Positions 1-9,398 of a DNA stretch of 32,000 nucleotides are shown piece after piece. Each line of letters starts with the position of its first letter. The stretch's first letter is position 1. This stretch comes from Candidatus Electronema halotolerans (GTDB taxonomy: Bacteria > Desulfobacterota > Desulfobulbia > Desulfobulbales > Desulfobulbaceae), in the NCBI GenBank assembly GCA_942493095.1, contig OW818675.1, forward strand, positions 2,910,001 to 2,942,000, in the 5' to 3' direction. The translations under genes were made by a program, and so were the position numbers. Under the pieces are notes generated by a model. The model worked only from the letters and a program-made list of their open reading frames with translations. It ran no database searches and was not told the origin of the DNA.

Positions 1-47
1 CGCAAGTTTGTGGTCTATGGTGAGGGCGAGATTCGCCAGTAAGAATA

Positions 48-638
48 ATGGAGCGGATCGGGCTGTTCGGCGGCACCTTTGACCCAGTGCATTGCGGCCA
101 TCTGGCGATTGCCGAGCAGGCTGCGGAAGAACTGCGGCTCGCCCAGATGCTCTTCATCCCGGCTCCTGATCCGCCTCATAAGCGAAAGACGACAGCGACT
201 TACGGGCAGCGGGTCGCCATGCTGGAGCTGGCCTTGGCCGACCATGATCGCTTCAGCGTCTCCCTGCTGGAGTCTGAGCTGCCCAAACCTTCCTACACGG
301 CTGACACCCTGCTGGAGCTGCGCAAGCGTCTGGCCGGGCAGTTTTATTTCCTCATTGGTGCGGATTCGTTGCTGGAGCTGCACCTCTGGAACCGCTTTCA
401 GGATTTGCTCAAGCTGACCAAATTCATCGTCATTTCACGGCCCGGCATTCCGCTGCCAGCCATGCGGCAGGCGATGGAGCGGCTGCCCGGTAATTTTGTT
501 CCGCTCGTCAACCGGCTGAAGGAGGATGTTTCATCCACTGCGATTCGGGCGCAGTTGCGGCTGGGCGAAAAAACAGAGCTATTGGATAGGCGGGTGGTAG
601 GGTATATTGAGCGGGAGAGGTTGTATAAATCTGTCTGA
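48..638 (+). CDS. nadD: Nicotinate-nucleotide adenylyltransferase
   Basis: N-terminal GLFGGTFDPVHCGHLAIAEQA nucleotidylyltransferase motif and C-terminal ISSTAIRAQLR motif; full-length 196 aa. Confidence 0.95.
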   Translation: MERIGLFGGTFDPVHCGHLAIAEQAAEELRLAQMLFIPAPDPPHKRKTTATYGQRVAMLELALADHDRFSVSLLESELPKPSYTADTLLELRKRLAGQFYFLIGADSLLELHLWNRFQDLLKLTKFIVISRPGIPLPAMRQAMERLPGNFVPLVNRLKEDVSSTAIRAQLRLGEKTELLDRRVVGYIERERLYKSV

Positions 639-665
639 CAAAAAACAGTCATCTTAATGCAGTAG

Positions 666-1859
666 ATGGAGAATGAAAGAATAATGGGTAAAACTTTTAA
701 AAACAGCGGCGGAGAACAGAACATCGCTCAAGGTGACTATGCTATCGGCAGACAGATAAACACCTTTGGTATCCCTCCAGAAATCTTTGAAAAGTATGCG
801 ACGAAGCTCGCTGTTACAGAATCTGCTTTAAGCAGTTTCTTCAAAACATTAGGAATAAAACAGGTTTCCCTTGACGATATAGATGGCAAATTACGTGAAA
901 TTGCAGCTAATCATAAAGAACTATTGCAAAAATTACAGAATAACGCAGCAGAGTTATCAAAAAAATCAGAAGGTGCAGATATGAGTTCAAATTTGATTTA
1001 TATTGAAATATCAATGAAAGATGCGGAGTTGTATCAGGAGGCGTATGAGATACTGCTCAACAAGCTCGTTGAATGGAATGAAATAGCTATCAATAATGGA
1101 GCATCTAAAGCTCCATATGAATATGAAGTAAAGCGATTGCCAATCATAGTTAATTTTTTTAAGAAAAAAATTGCGTCAGGGAGTTATTTTATCACTGATA
1201 GAGTTAGCGAAGAGACCTTGCGTCTCAAAAAATCAGCTCTTCTTTGTGCTGCACATCAACATGAACAGCAGCTCCTCGAAAAATCAAAGAATGGCTGGCC
1301 ACCAGCAGTGATAGAGGCGGCTAAGGAGAAATCCAGAAGATTCAAAGAGCTTGCCGATAAGATTAAATATGATCTTCCAGAAAATTTGGCAGATATTCTG
1401 CCAAGATCAAATGTAACCGTTAATGATCATCATATCCGAGGCAAGGACTGGGAATGGGATGCGTTTATCAGCCACGCATGGGAGGATAAGGAAAATTTTG
1501 TTGCATCACTTGCTGCTGCTTTAGAGGAACAGGGCTTGAAAATATGGTACGACGAGTCAGTACTTAAAGTTGGTGATAGCCTCAGACGCTCCATAGATAA
1601 TGGATTGTCAAAATCAAGATATGGGATTGTTGTGTTAAGTCATTCTTTTTTGAAAAAAGAGTGGCCACAAAAAGAACTTGATGGGATATTCGCAAAAGAG
1701 CGGAATGGGATAAAAGTGCTGCTGCCGATATGGCATAATATTTCTTCAGAAGATATTGAAAAATTTTCGCCTATGCTGGCTGATCGTCTGGCAGTTTCAT
1801 CCAGCAAAGGACTTCCTCATGTCGTTGAGCAATTGTTGAGTGCGATTCAGCAATCGTAA
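666..1859 (+). CDS. TIR-domain protein with N-terminal GGEQNIAQGDYAIG segment and coiled-coil-like middle region; possible defence effector (start could be the internal ATG at 684)
   Basis: C-terminal WEWDAFISHAWEDKENFVASLAAALEEQGLKIWYDESVLKVGDSLRRSIDNGLSKSRYGIVVLSHSFLKKEWPQKELDGIF is a canonical bacterial TIR domain. The ORF is markedly AT-rich versus its neighbours. Confidence 0.85.
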   Translation: MENERIMGKTFKNSGGEQNIAQGDYAIGRQINTFGIPPEIFEKYATKLAVTESALSSFFKTLGIKQVSLDDIDGKLREIAANHKELLQKLQNNAAELSKKSEGADMSSNLIYIEISMKDAELYQEAYEILLNKLVEWNEIAINNGASKAPYEYEVKRLPIIVNFFKKKIASGSYFITDRVSEETLRLKKSALLCAAHQHEQQLLEKSKNGWPPAVIEAAKEKSRRFKELADKIKYDLPENLADILPRSNVTVNDHHIRGKDWEWDAFISHAWEDKENFVASLAAALEEQGLKIWYDESVLKVGDSLRRSIDNGLSKSRYGIVVLSHSFLKKEWPQKELDGIFAKERNGIKVLLPIWHNISSEDIEKFSPMLADRLAVSSSKGLPHVVEQLLSAIQQS

Positions 1860-1862
1860 GAT

Positions 1863-2018
1863 TGATCGAGCGCGGCAATTTTTCGACTGCCGAAAAACGG
1901 CGGCAATACCGGCAACTCGTGGAAAAAGTCGCTAATGCCGCCGCCTTAAAGCAGGAATTTCAGCGAAAACTCAAAAACGTTGAACAGAGCCTTGCTGCGG
2001 AGAGAAACAGCCCTTGAG
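1863..2018 (+). pseudogene. Possible 3' remnant of a coding sequence (..LIERGNFSTAEKRRQYRQLVEKVANAAALKQEFQRKLKNVEQSLAAERNSP*)
   Basis: Open frame directly after the TIR gene stop, with coding-like amphipathic/coiled-coil composition but no plausible full gene upstream. Confidence 0.3.
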
Positions 2019-2133
2019 CTGCATTGAAGCATCTTGATTTCTGTCCGCAGCCCGTGGCATCCAGCAAAAAAAACGATGCCTTGATATCGCATCATCCGTA
2101 TTAGCCAAGATGATGCGGCAGGGTTCATGCACT

Positions 2134-2850
2134 TCATCCTTGAAGGCGGAAAGACAAGCATTCCATCCACACCATCAATTCTCCCAGCGCGGTCGAGGCC
2201 AGCAAATACGGCTCCTGATGCAGCGTGGCCCGGAGCTGCGTTTCTGCCAGCAGCTTGGACAATGACCATGAGGCCGGATTTTCCTCCGGCGCGGGCAGGA
2301 ACTCATTGACATGACCCCAGAGATGCTGCACAGCATTCCTCAGCCCGCCGATGCTGGGCGGCTGGCGGAGCAGCTCACTGAGCTGGCGGGACAGAGCGGC
2401 AAAGTCGGCCTTGCCGCTGGCTGTTTCCCGGCCAATAGCTTTATACAACTGCACATCACGGGCCAGCACGGAATACTTGTGCTGGCTCCAGAGCTGCTGG
2501 GCATGGCGCGGCAAGGGAATCCGGCCCGGCTCACGATCCGCATATTTAGTCCCAAGCAGCTCGAACTGAGCTGCCGGTTCATCAAGATAAAGCGCAGGCC
2601 ATGCCTCGCTGCCGGGCGGCACTGCGACTGGCGACTGCTCCTTGTAGCCGCGCAAGGTCATTTCGCAGGCAAGCTGCTGGTGCCGCCAGGCCAGAGCTGG
2701 CAGGCAGTCTGCCCAGCGCAGGGTTTCCGGGTGCCGGGCATAGCCTTTCTTTTTATTGAGCAGAATTGAGATGATGGCATGCAGCTCCCGGTGCTCGCCC
2801 AGCAGACTCTGCCGGTTGAGATAACCGGGGCTGATGTCCCAAATCCTCAT
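2134..2850 (-). CDS. Pyrimidine dimer DNA glycosylase/endonuclease V-like protein with C-terminal extension
   Basis: MRIWDISPGYLNRQSLLGEHRELHAIISILLNKKKGYARHPETLRWADCLPALAWRHQQLACEMTLRGY matches the endonuclease V (T4 DenV-like) family pattern. Start re-set to ATG at 2850, overlapping the upstream gene stop by 4 nt. Confidence 0.75.
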   Translation of the reverse strand: MRIWDISPGYLNRQSLLGEHRELHAIISILLNKKKGYARHPETLRWADCLPALAWRHQQLACEMTLRGYKEQSPVAVPPGSEAWPALYLDEPAAQFELLGTKYADREPGRIPLPRHAQQLWSQHKYSVLARDVQLYKAIGRETASGKADFAALSRQLSELLRQPPSIGGLRNAVQHLWGHVNEFLPAPEENPASWSLSKLLAETQLRATLHQEPYLLASTALGELMVWMECLSFRLQG

Positions 2851-4760
2851 GCGCTGCCGTCTGCGCCGGGCAGCCTGCTCCGGCAGGCCGCGAGAATATG
2901 CCCCAGCATCTGGCTGTAGGAAATGCCCTGCAAGGCCGCCATCTTGGCCAAATGGCCGTCCCAGCACCAGCCCGGATTGGGGTTGACCTCCAGCAGCCGG
3001 GGCGTGCCGTTGTCGTCAATGCGCCAGTCAAAACGGGCGTAATCGCGGCAACTGAGCCGTTCAAAGAGCTTGACGCAGCTTGCTCCAAGAAAGCGCTCCA
3101 CATCCTCGGACAGATTGGCCGGAATTGATTTGATTTTCCAGTAGGGCGAACTGGGGTCCCATTTGGCCTCATAGCCGCATAAGCGCGGCAGTCCTTCTGG
3201 CAGGGCCGAGTAATCCTCCTCAATCACCGGCAGAATCATGTACGAGCTGCCCGGATTGCCGATAATGCCGACGCTGATGTCCTTGCCAGTGAGAAACGCC
3301 TCCACCAAAATCGGGTTATTGTAGCCGAACTTGTCCCGGATGCCGGTCACTGCGCTTTCCAAGGCTTGCAGATCATGGCAGACATTGGCTTGGGTGATGC
3401 CAAAGCTGGAGTCGCCGAAGTTGGGCTTGACAATCACGGGAAAGTTGAGCGGAAACTCAATGAACTGAATATCTTCCGGCTTGATCATGAAGGCCGGGGG
3501 CACAGGGATGTCCATTTCCTTGGCAATGCCCCGGATCAGCGACTTGTCGTAGCAATAGGCCAGACACTGGGGATTGCCGCCGGAATAGTGCAAGCCAAGC
3601 ATTTCCAGCAGGGCCGGGACATGCAGCTCCTTGAGGGCCTCGTTCTGAAAGCCCTCGTCGCAGAGATTGAAGACATAGCTGCATTTGCCTTGCAGCCTGC
3701 TCAAGTCCTGAATCAGGGTGTCGTGCCGGTCCAAATAGGTGAAGGTGCAGCCCGGCAGCTCGGCCAGAGCCTTTTTCAGCTGGTTGATGGTGTGGAAGTC
3801 GTCCTCATCAAAGCTGCTGCCCGGCTTGACCGCATCGCTCTTGCCCGGATCGCCGAGCAGGACAACCACGGCATCTGTCCTGTCCGCTTTCTTCTCGACC
3901 ACGGTCCATGCTTTTTCAGCGCAGGCCGTGACCACCACCCGCTGGGCCATCATGCCCAAGTCCTGATTCCGCTTTGATTCGGCAGCAACTTGGGAACAGC
4001 AGCAGCAGGCTGTGAAACCGGCCTTGGTCAGCAGCTGCTCAAGATCATTGCGCGAATAGAGCCGCTCGGCATAGAACTGATCGGCAATCACGCCCTTGCT
4101 GACATGGGTGATCACCTCTCTGGAAACCAGCCGCTCCCCATTCTCGGACAGCGAGCGTTCCCGGCAGACAAAGTAGTTCTTGTCGATCCATTCCCAGCTC
4201 CGGGCCTCAAAATGCGCCCGCATGTAGTCGCCGTCCGTGATGTCGATCAGCAGCTTGCCGCTGGGCCGCAGCACCCGCAGCACTTCTTTGAGAATGCGGT
4301 CGTCGTCCTTGCTCGAATCAAAATAGCCAAAGCTGTTGCCTGCGATCAGCACTGCCTCAAAGCTGTCAGGAGCAAAGGGCAGCCTGCGGGCATCGCCCTC
4401 TTTGAAGGCCACATTCAGGCCCCTGCCTTTGGCCACCTTGCGTGCCCGGCTGATCAGATAATGGGAGCGGTCCAAGCCGCTGACATTGCTCCAGCCCCGG
4501 CTGGCAATTTCCAGCGCATGGCGGCCCTGGCCGCAGCAGAGGTCAAGGATGCGGCTCTCCTTGGGCAAATTAAGAGCGGCAAGATAGATGTCGGTCTCGT
4601 TCTGGGTGATGTCGCTGTCCTCCACCACGTCGCCGTCCGTGCGCAGATAGTTGGCATTGAACAGATGCCGCCACCAGTCCGCCTTGACATAGCTTTCCAG
4701 ATTGTCAACCGGCCCCAGCACCTCGACGATCTTTCTGTTCTTCTTGTTCGATTTTGACAT
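2847..4760 (-). CDS. Fusion protein: class I SAM methyltransferase plus D-Ala-D-Ala ligase-like ATP-grasp domain
   Basis: SAM motif ILDLCCGQGRHALEIASRG in the N-half. VVVLLGDPGK, VFNLCDEGF, FPVIVKPNFGDSSFGI and RLLEVNPNPGW ATP-grasp motifs in the C-half. Start placed at MSKSNKKN. Confidence 0.85.
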   Translation of the reverse strand: MSKSNKKNRKIVEVLGPVDNLESYVKADWWRHLFNANYLRTDGDVVEDSDITQNETDIYLAALNLPKESRILDLCCGQGRHALEIASRGWSNVSGLDRSHYLISRARKVAKGRGLNVAFKEGDARRLPFAPDSFEAVLIAGNSFGYFDSSKDDDRILKEVLRVLRPSGKLLIDITDGDYMRAHFEARSWEWIDKNYFVCRERSLSENGERLVSREVITHVSKGVIADQFYAERLYSRNDLEQLLTKAGFTACCCCSQVAAESKRNQDLGMMAQRVVVTACAEKAWTVVEKKADRTDAVVVLLGDPGKSDAVKPGSSFDEDDFHTINQLKKALAELPGCTFTYLDRHDTLIQDLSRLQGKCSYVFNLCDEGFQNEALKELHVPALLEMLGLHYSGGNPQCLAYCYDKSLIRGIAKEMDIPVPPAFMIKPEDIQFIEFPLNFPVIVKPNFGDSSFGITQANVCHDLQALESAVTGIRDKFGYNNPILVEAFLTGKDISVGIIGNPGSSYMILPVIEEDYSALPEGLPRLCGYEAKWDPSSPYWKIKSIPANLSEDVERFLGASCVKLFERLSCRDYARFDWRIDDNGTPRLLEVNPNPGWCWDGHLAKMAALQGISYSQMLGHILAACRSRLPGADGSA

Positions 4761-4948
4761 TTTCTTCGCTTCCTGTAAGATGAGCTGCGCAAGGATGGGA
4801 AAACGCGGCTTCAGCCCTCCGCAGCAGAGGAGGGCGGCCAAGATCGTCTTTTCCTTTACACCACAAACGCGCTGTCAGCGAGCAAAATTCCGAGCGGATC
4901 GCATTTTCCGTCCAGCCTGCTGCCAGCCCTGCGCAACAGCACAGAATC

Positions 4949-5365
4949 ATGAAAAGTTATCACAAGGAACTTTGGTTTGAGATCAAGACCCGGCGGGCCT
5001 TCATCAACATCACCCCGGAGGCGGAGCAATGTCTGGCTGAGTCCGGCATTCAGGAAGGGCTGTGCTTGGTCAACGCCATGCACATCACAGCCTCAGTCTT
5101 CATCAATGACGACGAATTCGGCCTGCACCATGATTATGAAGTCTGGCTGGAAAAGCTGGCTCCCCATGCTCCGGTCAGCCAGTACCGGCACAACGGATAT
5201 GAGGATAACGCGGATGCGCATCTGAAACGGCAGGTCATGGGCCGGGAAGTGGTGGTGGCCATCACGGCTGGCAAGCTCCACCTTGGCCCGTGGGAGCAAA
5301 TTTTCTACGGCGAGTTTGACGGACGGCGGAAAAAGCGGGTGCTGGTCAAGATCATTGGCGAGTGA
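4949..5365 (+). CDS. YjbQ/UPF0047 family protein (secondary thiamine-phosphate synthase-like)
   Basis: [34 protein letters not shown] ... [48 protein letters not shown] is typical of the family. Confidence 0.92.
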   Translation: MKSYHKELWFEIKTRRAFINITPEAEQCLAESGIQEGLCLVNAMHITASVFINDDEFGLHHDYEVWLEKLAPHAPVSQYRHNGYEDNADAHLKRQVMGREVVVAITAGKLHLGPWEQIFYGEFDGRRKKRVLVKIIGE

Positions 5366-5671
5366 GTATGAGAAGCAAGGCTGACGCATGGGATATTGCC
5401 TTTAAATAACAAGTGGTTGGTAAGCTGCTCAAGTGCATGGTGTTGCAGCTCTGAACTTCCAGAACCGCCGCCGCGCACAATCTCAACTTATGCAGAGGAT
5501 TCTTGTTGATTCCGAGCAGAACGTCCCGCAGGCCGGACGAGACTTCCGCCGCCAGATGATTGACTGTGCTTATATTTCACAGAGTCTGAAGAAACAAATT
5601 GATTTTTCAAACTTTTTACTCCGGCGGTTAATCTCTGTCAAGAAAAGTGATGGATGGTAAGGCAATGTGCT

Positions 5672-7561
5672 TCACCAGAACCATTTTATTTCAAGGGAAA
5701 CCTTGCTTTCTTCAGCCTCACGCTGCTCCAGTCCGGCAAACACGGAGAGCTGTCTTGACAGGCCCCACTGCATTTCCGCGCCAAGAAAAGGTTCGGCATC
5801 ACCCTGATAATCAGCCGTTTCTAATCCAGCCAGCAGGCGGGTCTTGAGATTTCCCGTTCCAGCCAGCAGGGCCGCATGAGGCCGGAGACGGAAATACGGC
5901 TCCAAGCTGTGCGCTGCCGCATCAGTCATCAGATAAGCAGTCAGCTGCGGGCTGATCTTCCATGCCCTGCCGACTCCAAAGGCAAAGAGCGCATCATAAT
6001 CACCGTCCTCTTGGATAAGACCGCTGTGGAGCTGCCACGACCAAGGGCTGTCCTCCTCAAGGGCCAAGGTGCTGGTTTTAATTTTCCGAATGCGTATTAT
6101 ATCTAACCGGTCGAGAAACAAGCTGTCCTCTTTGCCGCCCACGCCGACAGCCGTATCCAAGATGGCCAGCTCATCCCCCTCCAAGGTATTGCGTCCCAAG
6201 GTTTCTTGAATAAACGGTGCCCAGCGCAGGCGCAAATGCGCTCCCTGCCCATGTTCGTAACCGAAACCAAGGCTGGTCAGCATGGGGCGGTTGCCTGCGG
6301 CAGGAGAGTCCAGCGCAGGCGGCTCCTCCACTGCCGCGCTGCTCGGCGGGAGGAGAAAACGGGCAGGCAGAAGCTGCTTTTTCATGGCCTTGGTCGCCGG
6401 GCTGGGATTAGGCTGTTCAGCAGTGAGCCGGTAATTGGCATAGGCCAGCAGGGTGTCCAAGACTTCGGCCTGCCGCTCTGGCTTCAGTCCAGCCAGTTCT
6501 GCCGCCATCGCCTTTGGCCCTTGCTGGATGACCTTTTCCGCAGCCGCCTGTTCGTCTGGCTTGAGCAGACTGAACTGATGGTGCAGCCGCCGCTGGGCTG
6601 AGGGAATGAAGCGCACCGTGCTGATCAGGCCCGGCTGACCCGCAGCTTTTTCAGCATGGTCAATGTCTTCAAGACGATGAAAGATTTCCACTGGCGCGCA
6701 CCAGACCTTGGCATGTTGCAGGAGCGGCTCGTCAATGACTAATTCCAGCAGCTCGGCCAGTCGGTAGGCGCAGTTTTTGTCGAGGAAATAATACGTGAAT
6801 TTCTTGCCCAGAATCTCCCAGAGATGAAGCACCAAAAAGGTGCGCTGCTCGTCAGAAAGGCGCAGCTCATAATCCCAGATGTCGCGGAACTCGGTCCGGG
6901 AATACACCAAATCCTGGGTGTAGAAATAGCGGTCTGAGAATCCGGCCTGATAGCCGCCGCCCAAGCCGTGGAGAATGTAGCGCAGGACTGGCTCATCCTT
7001 CGGCACCAAGGCACCGTAACTGACGGTCAGATCAAAAAGTCCGGCCTGATCATCCCGCGCCCCGGCATTGAGCTTGAGCAGGGCGTGACCAAACACAGAT
7101 GCCGGATTGCCAAGATAGCCGCTGACTAAAAAGAGACTGACTGATTTGACCTTGTCCGGCAGGGACCAGCGGACAAAAGTCTTGCATTGCGGCGGCGCAG
7201 GCGTGTATTCTGGCAACTTGATGTGCTGGGAAAGCCAGAAATAGCGGGCCGGAAAGCGGCAGCGGGCATGACTGTCGCCGTCCTTGGGCCACGGCGCAGT
7301 GTAGGCGGCAATAGTGGCGGCCAGTTCGGCCTTGGCATTGTGACGGCCTTCAGGGGCGAGGAAAAAGTCCTTGCTCAGGATTTCGCTCTGTTGCGCCTTG
7401 CGGTCAAAATGGAGCAGCTTGCGCCAAGTCGGATGCTGGGCGAGCTGTTCAAGCTGCGCTGGACTGAGCAGGGAATTTGCCGTTGCTGAACAGAAAAGCG
7501 GGCAGAGGAGGGCATAAAAAAAACAGGCAGCCTGAAGCCGCAAAAGGGGAGAAATGCGCAT
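5672..7561 (-). CDS. DUF4105 (Lnb N-terminal periplasmic-like) domain protein, exported
   Basis: Signal peptide, then CRFPARYFWLSQHIKLP..., LFLVSGYLGNPASVFGHALLKLNAG and YFLDKNCAYRLAELLELV motifs; C-terminal region rich in alternating beta-strand-like segments. Confidence 0.8.
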   Translation of the reverse strand: MRISPLLRLQAACFFYALLCPLFCSATANSLLSPAQLEQLAQHPTWRKLLHFDRKAQQSEILSKDFFLAPEGRHNAKAELAATIAAYTAPWPKDGDSHARCRFPARYFWLSQHIKLPEYTPAPPQCKTFVRWSLPDKVKSVSLFLVSGYLGNPASVFGHALLKLNAGARDDQAGLFDLTVSYGALVPKDEPVLRYILHGLGGGYQAGFSDRYFYTQDLVYSRTEFRDIWDYELRLSDEQRTFLVLHLWEILGKKFTYYFLDKNCAYRLAELLELVIDEPLLQHAKVWCAPVEIFHRLEDIDHAEKAAGQPGLISTVRFIPSAQRRLHHQFSLLKPDEQAAAEKVIQQGPKAMAAELAGLKPERQAEVLDTLLAYANYRLTAEQPNPSPATKAMKKQLLPARFLLPPSSAAVEEPPALDSPAAGNRPMLTSLGFGYEHGQGAHLRLRWAPFIQETLGRNTLEGDELAILDTAVGVGGKEDSLFLDRLDIIRIRKIKTSTLALEEDSPWSWQLHSGLIQEDGDYDALFAFGVGRAWKISPQLTAYLMTDAAAHSLEPYFRLRPHAALLAGTGNLKTRLLAGLETADYQGDAEPFLGAEMQWGLSRQLSVFAGLEQREAEESKVSLEIKWFW

Positions 7562-7576
7562 CTGGCTGCCGATCAG

Positions 7577-7603
7577 AAAAAAACAGGCGCAGCTGCGCGC
7601 CTG
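7577..7603 (-). terminator. Rho-independent terminator downstream of the DUF3015 gene
   Basis: Minus-strand CAGGCGC-GCAGCT-GCGCCTG hairpin followed by TTTTTTT. Confidence 0.7.
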
Positions 7604-7612
7604 CGGATAATT

Positions 7613-8083
7613 TCAGCTCCTGCTCTCCGGCTGCCGGAAGACCAGATTGTACAGATTCTCGGCCTTCTCAAAACGGCTCTGATCAGCATACTCTGCCGCT
7701 GCCACTGAATTGGCAAAATCCCTGCGCAGTCCGGCAGCAAAAGAGGCTTTGCCCTCTTCGTTCACCCCGGCCAGCGCGGCCAGCGAATCCAAATACTCGC
7801 CCTGACCCCGCGCCAGATCAGCCTCCAGCGGCTCGTAGGCATTGTTGATGAATGCAGCTGCCAGAGCCTGACCGCCTTGGCAGGTCTCTGGCGAGGAGAC
7901 GTTGGAAATGATGGCAGTGGTGCCAAGGTCAAAGGTGACATTGGTCACTGCCGCAACTGCCGGGGTGCGGGGGGCAATGAGCGCGCCCAGACCGCAGTCC
8001 GTGTAGATGTCAGCAAATTCTCTGGCAGCGGCAGTCTGGGCCAAAGCCAATGAGGCGGCAAAGACCAAGGTGATGGTTTTCAT
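7613..8083 (-). CDS. DUF3015-like exported protein
   Basis: Start at MKTITLVFAASLALAQTAAAREF (signal peptide), then YTDCGLGALIAPRTPAVAAVTNVTFDLGTTAIISNVSSPETCQGG, typical of DUF3015. Confidence 0.75.
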   Translation of the reverse strand: MKTITLVFAASLALAQTAAAREFADIYTDCGLGALIAPRTPAVAAVTNVTFDLGTTAIISNVSSPETCQGGQALAAAFINNAYEPLEADLARGQGEYLDSLAALAGVNEEGKASFAAGLRRDFANSVAAAEYADQSRFEKAENLYNLVFRQPESRS

Positions 8084-8398
8084 GTTTTTTCCAAGCATAG
8101 TGTTGTGTCTCCTTGCGGTTCTGTTTGCGGAAAGCCAGTCGTTGCGGCTTTCCCTGCGGCTCTGCAAAAAACTCCTCATTTCAGCTTACTCATGGAAAAG
8201 GTGCTTGTCAACAGCAGATTCTGCTTCAGCTTTCTAATTATTTATCGTATTATAATAATGAAATCAGAGAGTTTCTCTGCGAAACAGCAAAGCTGAGACC
8301 CTGCTGCTTGCGGCACATTGTAAAAATCACTTCACTTCAATTTGATACGCCGCCCTTTTCTTAGGGACAGGGCGGCGGATTCAGTGAGGAGGGCAGGC

Positions 8399-9286
8399 AT
8401 GAACAGAAAGATTTTAGTCGCAGTTGATGGTTCCGTACACAGCTCCAGCTGTCTTGACTATTTGATCCGGCTTTTCCGCAATGATCAGGACTTCCATGTT
8501 GATCTGCTCGCCGTGGTTTCGGCGTATGCTGCCACGCCTGTCCAGATAGAAGAACGCCGGAAGCGATTCTGCAGCTATCTTCAAGATGCCAATAACCGCC
8601 TGCTGCGCAACGGCTTCAGCGAGGAACGGCTTTCCTGCTCTGTCAGCACAGGGGCTTTTGGGATCGCCGCCTCCATTCATCAGCATCTGCTGCGCGGCAA
8701 ACACGACAGCCTGCTGATCGGGCGGCGGGGCATGGGCCGGATCGGCGAGCTGCTGCTGGGCAGCGTCTCAGCAGAGCTGCTCCCCCGCTGTCACGAAACA
8801 CCGATCTGGCTGTTAGACGGCAATGTCGCTTCAAACCGCTTCCTGCTCGCCGTCAACAGCAGTCCCAGCTCGCTCTTGGCTGCGGATCATCTGTCATTCA
8901 TCCTCAGCGGCTGCCCGGACACTGAAATTTTTCTCTATCATTCTTATGCCTTGTTCGGTTCCGCCCCTGCCGCGCCGCTGGAGGATTTTGAGCGGCAGTG
9001 GGGCGCGACCTGGTGCGCCAAGCATCTGGATTTTGACACCTGCCTCTATCAGGCCCACACCAAAATTCTTTTGGACAACGGGATTGAGAAGCGGCAGATC
9101 ACGCCGGTCCTGCCGCATCGAGATTTTGAGGTCGGGCATGACCTGCTCCGGCAGGCGGAACGGCATGGCTGCGGCACCATTGTCGCAGGCCGCCGGGGCG
9201 CGGATGCAACTAAGGGCCTGCTCGGCGGGGTCTCGGACCGGATGGTGCGGCAGGCGGAAAACTTGGCCATCTGGATTGTCGGCTGA
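8399..9286 (+). CDS. Universal stress protein, tandem UspA domains
   Basis: MNRKILVAVDGSVHSSSCLDYLIRL start; LLIGRRGMGRIGELLLGSVSAELL in domain 1 and TIVAGRRGADATKGLLGGVSDRMVRQAENLAIWIV in domain 2. Confidence 0.9.
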   Translation: MNRKILVAVDGSVHSSSCLDYLIRLFRNDQDFHVDLLAVVSAYAATPVQIEERRKRFCSYLQDANNRLLRNGFSEERLSCSVSTGAFGIAASIHQHLLRGKHDSLLIGRRGMGRIGELLLGSVSAELLPRCHETPIWLLDGNVASNRFLLAVNSSPSSLLAADHLSFILSGCPDTEIFLYHSYALFGSAPAAPLEDFERQWGATWCAKHLDFDTCLYQAHTKILLDNGIEKRQITPVLPHRDFEVGHDLLRQAERHGCGTIVAGRRGADATKGLLGGVSDRMVRQAENLAIWIVG

Positions 9287-9398
9287 AGAAAGATCAATGC
9301 AGGAAGTTGAGAAGGCTTTGCAAATGAGATAAGATGAAATCAGTCAGACTGCGCGCCGCAGTTTTTTGATCTTCTGCCGGTTATGGGAGCAAACACCA

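Noticed and set aside
3366-4757. Long plus-strand ORFs (3366-3977, 3990-4757) opposite the methyltransferase/ATP-grasp gene
   Set aside because: Shadow ORFs of a high-GC coding sequence; no recognisable domains, while the minus frame has clear motifs.
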